Part shown: positions 8,242 to 18,000 of the stretch, in pieces
Position numbering within the stretch: the stretch's first letter is position 1
Layout of the letters: each line of letters begins with the position of its first letter
Source of the DNA: an uncultured Flavobacteriaceae bacterium
GTDB taxonomy: Bacteria > Pseudomonadota > Alphaproteobacteria > Micropepsales > Micropepsaceae
DNA length: 64,000 nucleotides
Direction: 5' to 3'
Assembly (NCBI GenBank): GCA_964638635.1
Contig: CAZXAQ010000003.1
Coordinates: forward strand, 32,133 to 96,132
Notes under the pieces: generated by a model
The model's database searches: none
Told to the model about the DNA's origin: nothing
What the model saw: only the letters and a program-made list of their open reading frames with translations
Program-made: the position numbers and the translations under genes

Positions 8242-9099
8242 TCACACGTCTGTGACGAATTCACGGACCGCAAGCAGAACTGACTCAGGATCGTCACGAA
8301 ACGCCCCGTGTCCACAGTTTTCGAATACCCTGAGCGACGCGAAGCCCGCCTTGATGCAAGTCAATAACTCCGTCGCCAAATGCGGCGGCGTGATCGGATC
8401 TTCGGCGCCCGCCAGGACGAGCGTCGGGCATAGGATTTTGTTCAGGGCGGTTCGAAAATCCATCTTGTGGATTTCACGGCCGGGCAAAGAGAAATGCCGG
8501 TAGACCTCACGGCGCATGATGGCGCGAGCGCGGGCATCCTCGCCGTCGGCTCGGACCGTTGTGTTGTACAGCGGCATGCAAACGCGCATGTAAGTCTCGA
8601 ATTCCGCGTCGCTGCCCGACTCCCACATCCGCTTGGCCGACTCCAGAGCCGACGCACCGCCCTTGGCCTCGAAAATCTTCATACTGGCGGGAAAGTCCAT
8701 GCGCGCCGCCGTACTCGACAGAATAAGCGCGCGCGGATGGTCGGGATGCCGCGTCGCATAGGCTTGCGCGACCATGCCCCCGAACGACTGGCCCAGCACA
8801 ATCGGCTTCACGATCCCAAGCGCGTCGCAGAAGGCGCGCACGTCGTCGCCCCACTGCGCAAGCGTCCAGGTCGCCGGATCGCTCGGCACGCTGCGTCCGT
8901 TGCCGCGGTGGTCGATGTAGATCACCTGCGCGATGTCGGCGAGCCCATCGAAGTCGCCGCGCAATCCCGAGTGATCGAACCCCGGCCCGCCGTGCATCAC
9001 GATCAGCGTCAGCTTCTCGCGCATCCGCGGGCCGTCGGGTGCAAGCTTCGATCCTGCTACATCGAAGAAAATGCGTTGCCCGCCGACATCGACAAACAT
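8242..9099 (-). CDS. Alpha/beta hydrolase (proline iminopeptidase-like)
   Basis: HGGPG oxyanion motif and GQSFGG nucleophile elbow. Confidence 0.85.
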   Translation of the reverse strand: MFVDVGGQRIFFDVAGSKLAPDGPRMREKLTLIVMHGGPGFDHSGLRGDFDGLADIAQVIYIDHRGNGRSVPSDPATWTLAQWGDDVRAFCDALGIVKPIVLGQSFGGMVAQAYATRHPDHPRALILSSTAARMDFPASMKIFEAKGGASALESAKRMWESGSDAEFETYMRVCMPLYNTTVRADGEDARARAIMRREVYRHFSLPGREIHKMDFRTALNKILCPTLVLAGAEDPITPPHLATELLTCIKAGFASLRVFENCGHGAFRDDPESVLLAVREFVTDV

Positions 9100-9153
9100 G
9101 ATCCACCGCCCGCGAAATCCGGCGCTGCGTTTAGCGCACGGGACCTGAGCCGC

Positions 9154-10530
9154 CTAGCGGAACGTCAGTTGAACGGTGAAAACATCCACGTGTGAATCGG
9201 TCACACCGATCAAATTGCCCCGCGCCAAATTCTCCGGCGCGGCTGCCGTCAGTGCGATGGGCTCTTCGGGAATGAACAAGTGCCCGTAGCCCGCCTCAAA
9301 GCTCGTTCCGCCCTCGAAATCGTAGCGCGTGCTGACGGCAAGCCACGTGCGGTCCGCATCGGGAATGCGCGGATCGCGCGTCGCATCGCGCGTCGGACTT
9401 TGGTCGTACGCGACACCCATGCGCAGCGTCCAGTTATCGGCAAGGCGCCCCTTCACGCCCGCAGACGCAAACCATGTGTTCTTCCAGTCGTAGGTCTGAA
9501 ACACGTCGGCCTGCAGCGGATTGACGAATTTGATCCGCAGCTCTTCGAACGCGTTCCACCACGTGTAGCCGGCCTCGGCGAGCAGCGTGACCGCGGGCGT
9601 CACCGCGACGGAGAAACCCGCCGACGCGACCGCGGGCGTGGTCAACTTCGTCGACGCCGCCGAGTCCGCGAAGCTCCCGGTCGCCAGTGAGATCGCAGTG
9701 CCAACCCCCGCCGTGTCCAGCGTGAAATCGACATCGCCTTCAAGCGTGTGCCGGATTTCGGACCGGTACGACGCGCCGACGCTTACCTCCTGCGACGGCC
9801 GCCACAACGCGCCGAGCACGAAGCCGAAACCCCAATCTTCGACATTGAACTCCGCTTTGCCGTCTTGCAGCGTGGGGAGAGAACCCGGCACGGCGAACAG
9901 GGCCCCGATCGTGCCGAAGTCGACCGCGTTCGACAGCGTTCCCTTCGCGTACTGAATCTGCGCGCCCGCCGAAACGACAAACTCCGGCGCAATCTCGTAC
10001 GCCAGCGACGGAACCGCGTTGACGGTGATGAGCTTCGATTCAAGCGCGTAATAGCGCCCGACCCAACCGTCGTTGTAACGCGTGCTCAAGCCCCACGGTG
10101 CCGAAACCGACAACCCCGCCGTGAGGCCCTGCGCCAAGCGGTAACGCAGCTGCAGTCCGGGTTCGTACGCATCCTTGATGAATCCGTCGGGAGCGGCATT
10201 CCCGCCCGTCGGTGTGCCGAGCGCGTTGGTCGCAAGGCCGAACGCCGCCTCCGACGTCGGATAGATACCGTTGACGGTAAAGCTTGCGTCCCAATCCGAA
10301 ACACCCGCGCTCGTCGCCGGATTGTAGGTCAGGAAGCCGGGTTCGTCGGCCTGCGCGCTCGTACCGGCAAAGGCTGCACCCATGCCCGAGAGGCTGTACT
10401 CTTTGAGCGCATAACCGGCCGCGACCGCCGAAGACGGTAAAAGAATGCTTGCGACGAGCGCTGCCCCAACACCCCGGACAAACACAAAAGCCCCCAACGC
10501 ACCCGAAACTAAGATCACACTTGGCGCCAA
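9154..10530 (-). CDS. FadL/TodX-family outer-membrane hydrophobic-compound transporter
   Basis: Signal peptide, then AGYALKEYSLSGMGAAFAGTSAQADEPGFLTYNPA (FadL N-terminal hatch motif). Beta-strand-rich throughout. Confidence 0.85.
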   Translation of the reverse strand: MAPSVILVSGALGAFVFVRGVGAALVASILLPSSAVAAGYALKEYSLSGMGAAFAGTSAQADEPGFLTYNPATSAGVSDWDASFTVNGIYPTSEAAFGLATNALGTPTGGNAAPDGFIKDAYEPGLQLRYRLAQGLTAGLSVSAPWGLSTRYNDGWVGRYYALESKLITVNAVPSLAYEIAPEFVVSAGAQIQYAKGTLSNAVDFGTIGALFAVPGSLPTLQDGKAEFNVEDWGFGFVLGALWRPSQEVSVGASYRSEIRHTLEGDVDFTLDTAGVGTAISLATGSFADSAASTKLTTPAVASAGFSVAVTPAVTLLAEAGYTWWNAFEELRIKFVNPLQADVFQTYDWKNTWFASAGVKGRLADNWTLRMGVAYDQSPTRDATRDPRIPDADRTWLAVSTRYDFEGGTSFEAGYGHLFIPEEPIALTAAAPENLARGNLIGVTDSHVDVFTVQLTFR

Positions 10531-10645
10531 CGCAGGCGCGCGCGCAAGATAAAAAATTCCCTAACGCCGCCGCGCGATACCCAGACTTAACGGCCGCTGC
10601 GTTAGATTCCCGCTCTGGGTGAATTTATCTGCGTAGGCGAGCCAG

Positions 10646-12082
10646 GTGGACTCGACGGCCGAAAACGACGCGAAGCGGACCAGTCACAGCAATTTCGCGC
10701 TGAACCGTTTCCTGATGGTGTTTCGCGATCCGCAAATCGAAGCGGACTTCGCCGCCCACTCGCTCGCCCAATCGCTTCCGTTCATCCGCGCCTACTTGCT
10801 GGCTGCGATCGCGCTGTACGTTGCGTTCGGTTATCTCGATGCCCTGGTCGGCGGCGCCGCAGTCCAGACGATGTGGCTGATCCGCTACGGCGTCGTCGCG
10901 CCGATCATGCTAGCCGTGTTGAGCCTGACGTTTCAGCCGACATTCGTTCGCTTTATCCAGCCCGGGCTCGCCGTCGCGATGACGGCGTGCGGCCTCGGCA
11001 TCGCGGCGATGTGCGCCATCATGCCGGCGCCGTATCACAGCGCCTACTACGCTGGCTTGATCATGGTGACGGTCTACAGCGGCACGCTGCTCGGCATGCG
11101 CTTCGTCTACTCGACGTCGGTGACCGTCGGGCTGTTGCTCGCCTACCAAGTGGTGAGCCTCTGGCTGAACCCGGTCAGCACCACAGACTACATCTCGAAC
11201 AACTACTTCTTGATGATGGCCGTCGGCGTCGGCGTGTTCTCGAGTTACGTGCTCGAAACGCACGTCCGCAACAACTATGTTGCCCAGAAGATTATCGAGC
11301 AGAAAAACCACGTCATGAAGGCGCTGCTCGACGAAGCCGAAGCCGCCAATCGTGCGAAGAGCGAATTCCTGGCCGTGATGAGCCACGAACTCCGCACGCC
11401 GTTGAACGCGATCCTGGGCTTCTCGGAGATGTTCAAGCAGCAGATGATGGGTCCCCTGGGCTCGACGAAATACGTCGAATACGCCGGCGACATCCACAGC
11501 AGCGGCCAGCACCTGCTGTCCATCATCAACGACATTCTGGACTTGGCGAAAGCCGAGGCCGGCAAACTCGACCTCTCCGAAAGCGCGTTCGACATCAACG
11601 CCGTCGTCGACAAGACGCTACGCATGTGCGGTCAAAAAGCCGAGGAAGGAAAAGTCGCGCTCGTCTTCACCAAGGCCGCGGGCGATCACAACATCTACGC
11701 CGACGAGCGCCTGATCCGCCAAGTGACGCTGAACCTCGTAACGAACGCCATCAAGTTCACCCCGCCCGGCGGCCGCGTCGAAGTCAGCGCGCAAACCTCC
11801 CAAACGAACGGCATCGTGCTGAACGTCAAGGACTCAGGTATCGGTATCCCCGCCGGCGACATCGAGCGCGTTTTGCGTCCGTTCGAGCAAGTGGAAAGCG
11901 CGACCGCGCGCCGCCACGGCGGCACCGGCCTCGGCCTGCCCTACTCGAAGAAGATCATCGAGATCCACGGCGGCACGCTGAAACTGTCGAGCGAAGAGAA
12001 CATTGGCACGACGGTTCGCATCGACCTGCCCGCAACCCGCCTGCGCTTGGCCCAGCCGACGGAACTGCGCCAAGCGGGCTAG
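10646..12082 (+). CDS. Membrane sensor histidine kinase
   Basis: GTG start. About 6 predicted TM helices, then H-box FLAVMSHELRTPLNAILGFSE and HATPase N/G boxes (NLVTNAIKFTP, DSGIGI, GGTGLGL). Confidence 0.9.
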   Translation: MDSTAENDAKRTSHSNFALNRFLMVFRDPQIEADFAAHSLAQSLPFIRAYLLAAIALYVAFGYLDALVGGAAVQTMWLIRYGVVAPIMLAVLSLTFQPTFVRFIQPGLAVAMTACGLGIAAMCAIMPAPYHSAYYAGLIMVTVYSGTLLGMRFVYSTSVTVGLLLAYQVVSLWLNPVSTTDYISNNYFLMMAVGVGVFSSYVLETHVRNNYVAQKIIEQKNHVMKALLDEAEAANRAKSEFLAVMSHELRTPLNAILGFSEMFKQQMMGPLGSTKYVEYAGDIHSSGQHLLSIINDILDLAKAEAGKLDLSESAFDINAVVDKTLRMCGQKAEEGKVALVFTKAAGDHNIYADERLIRQVTLNLVTNAIKFTPPGGRVEVSAQTSQTNGIVLNVKDSGIGIPAGDIERVLRPFEQVESATARRHGGTGLGLPYSKKIIEIHGGTLKLSSEENIGTTVRIDLPATRLRLAQPTELRQAG

Positions 12083-12083
12083 A

Positions 12084-12683
12084 CTAGCGCAAGAGATCGC
12101 GCAGCTTCGCCTCCGCAGCCGCCGCATCCTCGCCGTAGGCGATCGTGCCGCGCAACGTGCCGTCCGCACCGACCAAGAAAACGCTCGCCGTGTGATCCAT
12201 CGTATAGTTGCCGCCCGCCTCGACGCGCGCGTAGTAGACGCCGAGCGGCCGCGTGATCGCCGCGATCTGATCGCCTGCCCCCGTCAACCCGCGAATGCGC
12301 GGATCGAACGACGCAAGATAGGCCTTCAAAACCGCCACCGTATCCCGCTCCGGATCGACGGTGACGAAATAGAAGCCGAGCCGGTCCGCATCCCGCCCGA
12401 GCCGTCCCAGCAACGCCGTCATCGACGCCAGCGTCGTCGGGCAAACGTCGGGGCAATTGGTGAAGCCGAAGAACATCACTGCCGGCCGCCCGAGCACCGC
12501 CTGCTCAGTCACCGCGGCGCCGTTCTGATCGACCAGCCGGAAGCTCCCGATCGCGGGCCCGCCGAACGACGGCGCCCGCGCCGGGCCGAACCAACCGAGC
12601 CCGGCCGCCGCCCACACCAGACCCGACACCAAGATCAGCCCGATCGCGACGATGCGAACCGTGCGAAGCGCAGCAACATTCAT
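12084..12683 (-). CDS. SCO1/SenC-family copper chaperone / thiol-disulfide oxidoreductase
   Basis: FGFTNCPDVCPTTL (CxxxC) motif. ATG at 12683 gives an N-terminal TM anchor. Confidence 0.9.
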   Translation of the reverse strand: MNVAALRTVRIVAIGLILVSGLVWAAAGLGWFGPARAPSFGGPAIGSFRLVDQNGAAVTEQAVLGRPAVMFFGFTNCPDVCPTTLASMTALLGRLGRDADRLGFYFVTVDPERDTVAVLKAYLASFDPRIRGLTGAGDQIAAITRPLGVYYARVEAGGNYTMDHTASVFLVGADGTLRGTIAYGEDAAAAEAKLRDLLR

Positions 12684-12819
12684 GCTTTCCGCCAAACCCT
12701 CTGGCACAACTGGCACAGCGGCACATGTGTGCCGCTTGTGCCGTTTCACGTGACGCGACAAGTCACAAGGCGCAAGAGATTTTCAGATAAGGTGCAGATA
12801 TAGAAAAGTCAAACCCGCC

Positions 12820-13296
12820 TCAGGGCGCGGCGAATTCGCCGCTCAACGTGTCGAGCGCTGCGCAGAACGCCCCAAGGTCCTTGGAGGTCTCGAACGCGGT
12901 TGCGGCCGCGTTCACCTTCTTCACGCGAGAGGCAAGCACCTCAATGGTGATCTTGCCCGCGGCCGCATCGGCTTGCATGGCGGAGGTCAACTCGGCAACG
13001 CGCGCCTCCACATCCGCGCGCTCGCCGCACGAGCGGCCGCCGGTGAAAGCGGCGAAGCCAAGCGCAAGCACAAGAACGCCCGCGCCGCCGAGCGCGAGCG
13101 CCCGCGTGCGCCCCGACGCAGCCGCCCACGCCGCCGCCGCGCGCGCGTAGGTCTGGCGCGCTATGGTAATGATCCGGTTCAGTTCTGGATCTCGCAAGTG
13201 ACCGTCGAGCCGATGGTAGCCGTCGCGGTCCCGCCCAGACCGTCGGAGATCGTGTAGGTGACGGAACCGACCTGCGTCTGCACCGCCGTTAGGCAC
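12820..13296 (-). CDS. Hypothetical membrane-anchored protein (start uncertain)
   Basis: One TM segment (ALALGGAGVLVLALGFAAF). The only upstream start (GTG at 13296) overlaps the 3' end of the cadherin-like gene by ~118 nt. No ATG/GTG/TTG lies between 13179 and the TM segment. Confidence 0.3.
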   Translation of the reverse strand: MPNGGADAGRFRHLHDLRRSGRDRDGYHRLDGHLRDPELNRIITIARQTYARAAAAWAAASGRTRALALGGAGVLVLALGFAAFTGGRSCGERADVEARVAELTSAMQADAAAGKITIEVLASRVKKVNAAATAFETSKDLGAFCAALDTLSGEFAAP

Positions 13297-14612
13297 ACAT
13301 TGTTGTGCGTGATCGTCACCGAGGTTCCGTTCGTGCTTGCTGAGCCGTTCGTGGGTTGGGTAACGTTGGTAATCGTAAGCGCATTGTTGTCCGGATCGTT
13401 GTCATTGACACGCGGGTCGAAGGTCGCGGTCGGCTGCGTACCGTTCACGCCGCCCGCCTCATAGGTTCCCACCAAATCCACGGTGTCGTTCACCGCCACG
13501 GGCGGCGAGTTCGCATTCTGAATAGTCACGTTGACGGTCGCGGTTGCCGTCATGCCATCCAGATCGGTAATCGTGTAGGTGAAGCTGTCCGCGCCCGTCT
13601 GGCCGGTGTTCGGCGTGTAGGTGACGGACGTGCCGCCGTTGATCACGACCGTACCCTTGGTTCCGTTCGTCTTGGCCGTGATCGTGATCGTGCCGCTATC
13701 GTCGCTGTCATTCGTGCGCGGATCCGTCGTGAAAGCGGTGTTGGTCAGGGTGGTCCTGCTGTCGTTGACGGCGACCGGCGGCAGAGTGCCGTGCGTCACG
13801 GTGACGTTGACGGTGGCCGTCGCTGTACCGCCGTCCACGTCGGTGACCGTATAGGTGAAGCTGTCGGGGCCGGTGTAGTTTGCCGTCGGCGTATAGGCCA
13901 GCAAAGTGCCACCGTTTACGATCGTCAGCACACCATGCGAGGGCGTCGACTTCGAGGTGATCGTAAAAGCATCGCCGCCGGGGTCGCTGTCGTTTACGCG
14001 CGGGTCGAACGAGAAAACGAAGGTGTTCTTCGCCGTTGAAGCCACATCGTTCACCGCGACCGGGTCCAGATTCGCCAGCGTGACCGTAACTTCGCCGGAG
14101 GCATCCATGCCCTGCCCGTCCGTAATCGTATAGACGACCTTGTCCGTCGCGTTGCGCTTGTATGTACTTGAGTACGTAACGGTCGTGTTGCCGCCGGAGA
14201 GGGCCGCCGTTCCATAAACACCGTTGCCGACACTGAACAACGTAAGCGGATTCCCATCGGGATCGCTGTCGTTCGTGCGCGGATTCAGCGTCAGCGAATT
14301 CTGATCCTCGGTCAGCGTCACCGCATCGCCGGCCGTGACCGGCTTCCGGTTTACCGTGGTCGCCGAAACGATGTGCTGCGTTCGGTTTCCGGCAGCATCA
14401 TATTTGTAGACGATCTGCTTTCCATCGTCGTAGCGCACCGAAATGATGCGCCCGAGCGAGTCATAAGAATATGTGGCACCCGCCAACGCCGACCCGGCGA
14501 GCACGCACGCCGCGCCCGCAAGCAACGCCGATCGTCGCACGGCAGGAAAACGCAAAACCGAGGAACGCAACGCCGGTACTGGAGGCTGTGCGAAACGCAT
14601 GCTGCTCTCCAT
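13179..14612 (-). CDS. Secreted protein: two N-terminal YD repeats + four ~95-aa cadherin-like (tandem-95 type) repeats
   Basis: Start at MESSMRF (14612; alternative 14600). ATYSYDSLGRIISVRYDDGKQIVYKYDAAGNR is a YD-repeat signature. Then 4x PVAVND...DPR.NDSDPDG..LTI...G...Y.P....G.DSFTYT..D..G..ATATVNVTV. Confidence 0.8.
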   Translation of the reverse strand: MESSMRFAQPPVPALRSSVLRFPAVRRSALLAGAACVLAGSALAGATYSYDSLGRIISVRYDDGKQIVYKYDAAGNRTQHIVSATTVNRKPVTAGDAVTLTEDQNSLTLNPRTNDSDPDGNPLTLFSVGNGVYGTAALSGGNTTVTYSSTYKRNATDKVVYTITDGQGMDASGEVTVTLANLDPVAVNDVASTAKNTFVFSFDPRVNDSDPGGDAFTITSKSTPSHGVLTIVNGGTLLAYTPTANYTGPDSFTYTVTDVDGGTATATVNVTVTHGTLPPVAVNDSRTTLTNTAFTTDPRTNDSDDSGTITITAKTNGTKGTVVINGGTSVTYTPNTGQTGADSFTYTITDLDGMTATATVNVTIQNANSPPVAVNDTVDLVGTYEAGGVNGTQPTATFDPRVNDNDPDNNALTITNVTQPTNGSASTNGTSVTITHNNVCLTAVQTQVGSVTYTISDGLGGTATATIGSTVTCEIQN

Positions 14613-15062
14613 GACGGATGCTGATCGATGATCGCGCACACTGTACGCGCGCAATTGCGAACTGTGAAGACGTCGCGCACACGACGTTGAAGATTTTCTT
14701 GCCGATGAAGTTGCGTTCGCAGTTGCTCGCTTATCGCTGCGCGCAATCAAACTTGTCGCGCGCAAAACACAATTGACATTGCGAAGAGTTGGCGCACACT
14801 CCGCCAATCGTACGCACGCATGCCGATGGCGTACGCTTCGCCTTCGTTCAGTTGCGTTTCAGTGTGTTTCCTTCGTTCTTTAAAGAGGTTCACGCATGAC
14901 GCCGGCACACGCTCACGGACATATCGCGACTTTCGTGCGGAAAAACACGTTCTCAAGTCCGCCATAGCCGCCTCTTTTCAAACGACCGGAACCAACAAGC
15001 GAGCGCGCACGACTGCGCCTCGCAACGAGCACCTTTGCGCATCAGCAACACAGAGCCGAACA

Positions 15063-18000
15063 ATGCCAACGCTCACATTCTCAAGGTTTTTCGCGATTTC
15101 CGCGCTCGTTCTCGCAGCCGCGAGTCCTGCGCACGCACTGCCGGAGATGAGCGTCGGCACAGGCTTCGCGGTCACCCCCGCGCAGGCGCTGACTTACTAT
15201 ACGAACCAAGGTCTTACGAGCCCCGCGTGGACGGAAGATCCGGAGCTCGACAGGCTGGCGACCGCGCTGGGCAACGATCCCGACAAGATTTACGAGTACG
15301 TCAGAAACGAAATCGACGTCGTTCCGCTCTTCGGCGTGCAAGCGGGCGCGCGCGGCTGCTACATCGACAAGGCTTGCACGCCGTTCGATCAAGCACAATT
15401 CATGGTCGAGCTGCTGCGCTCCGCCGGCGTGACCGCGAGCTATCAACTCGGCACCATCACGCTAACCGGCACACAGTTCGACCAGTGGTTCGGTCTCACG
15501 AACCCAACCGCCGCGCGCAAGTTGCTGGCCGACGGCGGCACGCCTTACACGATGACGGACAACGGCACGTCCGTGACGTCCGTCACAATGATGCATGTCT
15601 GGGTACGCGCGACGATCGGCGGCACGACCTACTCGTTCGACCCAGGGTTCAAGCCGCACACGGTGACGACCGGCATCAACCTTGACACCGCGATGGGCTT
15701 CAACAGCGCGACGTTCTGGTCGAACGCGATCAGCGGCGCCTCGACCTCGACCACCAATAACACACCACGCGTGAGCAACCTGCACCGCACGAACGTGCGG
15801 AACAACTTAGGCACCTACGCCACGAACCTGCTCAATTACATCACGGCCAACCTCCCCAACGGCTCGATGGACAACGTGATCGGCGGCCGGACGCTAACGC
15901 CGTACGCCGGCCCCGCGCTTCGCCAGACCACGCTGCCCTACCAAGCAAGCACAACGCAGCTGTTTACGGGCGACTTGCCCCTGGTGCTGCGCAAACGCGT
16001 GACGATCGTCGGCAGTTCGACGACGTACAACGCCCCGCTCGACGAGTTTTTTGGCAAGCAGATAACGTTCGAACTGAACAGGGAAAACCCACCCCCGGGT
16101 GGCTTCACACAATACCGATTCCTCATCGGCGAACAGGTCGTCACCAATTGGACGAACGGCACCGTTGGTGGTGCGGTCATTACCATCAACAACCCATACG
16201 CCGCCGGAAACAGCGCCGGTGTCTTCGATGGCGCCTACATGGATCGCGCCGTGCCGCTGACCGGCTCGAATACGACCGGCGTGCAACTCTTCGTCGCCGC
16301 CGGACGCGTGTCCGGAGACTATGGCGCCTATCAGGAGCGCGTCCACAGCGGACGCAGCGGTATCGTGATCTACCAGAAGGCCTGCTGTCACGAAGAGGGA
16401 CAGGGCCAGTGGGTTGAGCCGCAGCAGATCGCCCTGCGCCGGCGCATGGGCGCAACATTCATGTCGCAGTTCTGGGACATGACTCAACTCGTTGGCGGCG
16501 TCGGGAGTTCCATCGTTTTGGTGCACGATGTCGTGGGTATTGCCACGACCGCACGCGCTGAAGCCGGCGACTCGGAATCGCCTGTCGCCTCGTCGTTCAT
16601 GTTCAGCATGGAACCGGCAATCTCGGCACTCTCGAGAACCGGGATTACGACGCAGCCGCCGATCGTCGCTCGCACGGTCGCGATGATGCTATCCGCGCTT
16701 GAGGGTAGCGTGGCGCAGCAGGCTGGCGACTCGGTCTTTCCGGTGTCGGCTGTCGTCCAGCTCGATTGGGCCCACGCCGGACCGGCAGCCGCCGACCGTT
16801 GGTACTACTATGCCACCTCGGCAAACTGGAACTCGTTCGCCAGATCGCAGATTCTGCTCGATTACGACCCGAACCCAGGCCCCGGCACATCACCGATCCG
16901 CAATATCGCAGACGGTTACATCGCCGCGGGTTGGACGGTCATGATCCCGCGCTCCTCTTTCTTGGGCCCGGGCCTTGCGGAGCAGCAGTACTGTGTCCCC
17001 TACGAGGTGCAAGGACAGATGATGTCATGCAAGATCGCCGGACCGGATCGCGCCGGCGCTCTGATCGCCATAAACCCGACGACCGGTGCGGTCGCGCACA
17101 TCTCGGCACGCAACTATCTGTACGGCAAAGGCGGCGGCGGATCGACGGACGCCGAGACCAATCCGGCGCGCATTTTCACAATCGCCGAGGGCTTCCTCGA
17201 CAAGCAATTCTCCTCGCGCGCCGAAGCGCATAACGTCGACTTGAAGTCCGGCATGATGACCTATACCCCGCCGCCGGATATCACGGTCGGCAACGGCGGC
17301 TACCCTTACAGCCTGTCGTTTCAGAGGTCCTATCGCTATCAACACAACAGCGACGAGGACTACTGGGATGCTCAGAATCCAGCCAACCCAATGGAACCCC
17401 CAGATACGGTCGCTCGCGACGACATATTCACCACGACAGGGTGGACTTCAAACCTTCATCACTATGCGTCGATCACCTCAGACGGTGCGAAGGTATTCGG
17501 CCAAGACGACCCGCGCGTCGCCGTGCAAACGCTGGCGACGGCGAGGGTCTTGTTGTCGATCATGGGCAACGGCACGACCAATCTCGAAACCCTCCAGCGC
17601 CAGATCGTCGGCGCCTTTGCCGGCTTCTGGTGGACCGAGACGATTCTGATGAACACGGTCACGGTGAAGCAAGGTCATTCGAGCCGCAGCTTCACCAAAT
17701 TGCACGACGGCACGTTCACGGCCCGCGGGAGCGCGGAGACGGTGGAGGTTTTCGGCTCGCGCACGATTTATACTGGATTCACCGTGATGGGAGGCGGCGC
17801 ACCCAGGTGGGGGTACAATTTCTGCGTCCGCATAACGGGCGCCCAACGCGACGTCACGATCTACGGGAACTTCAACGGCACGAGCTGCAGCACGCCGCCC
17901 CCCAGCAACATCGTACCGAGCGGCGGCAATACCGGCGACATGATGTTCTCCACCCAGACGTTCCCCTACGGCATCACCGTTACGTACGACCGGTTTAACA

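Noticed and set aside
10873-12087. 404-aa plus-strand ORF overlapping the histidine kinase in another frame
   Set aside because: R/D/P-rich, with no motifs. The kinase frame (10646..12082) carries H-box and N/G boxes.
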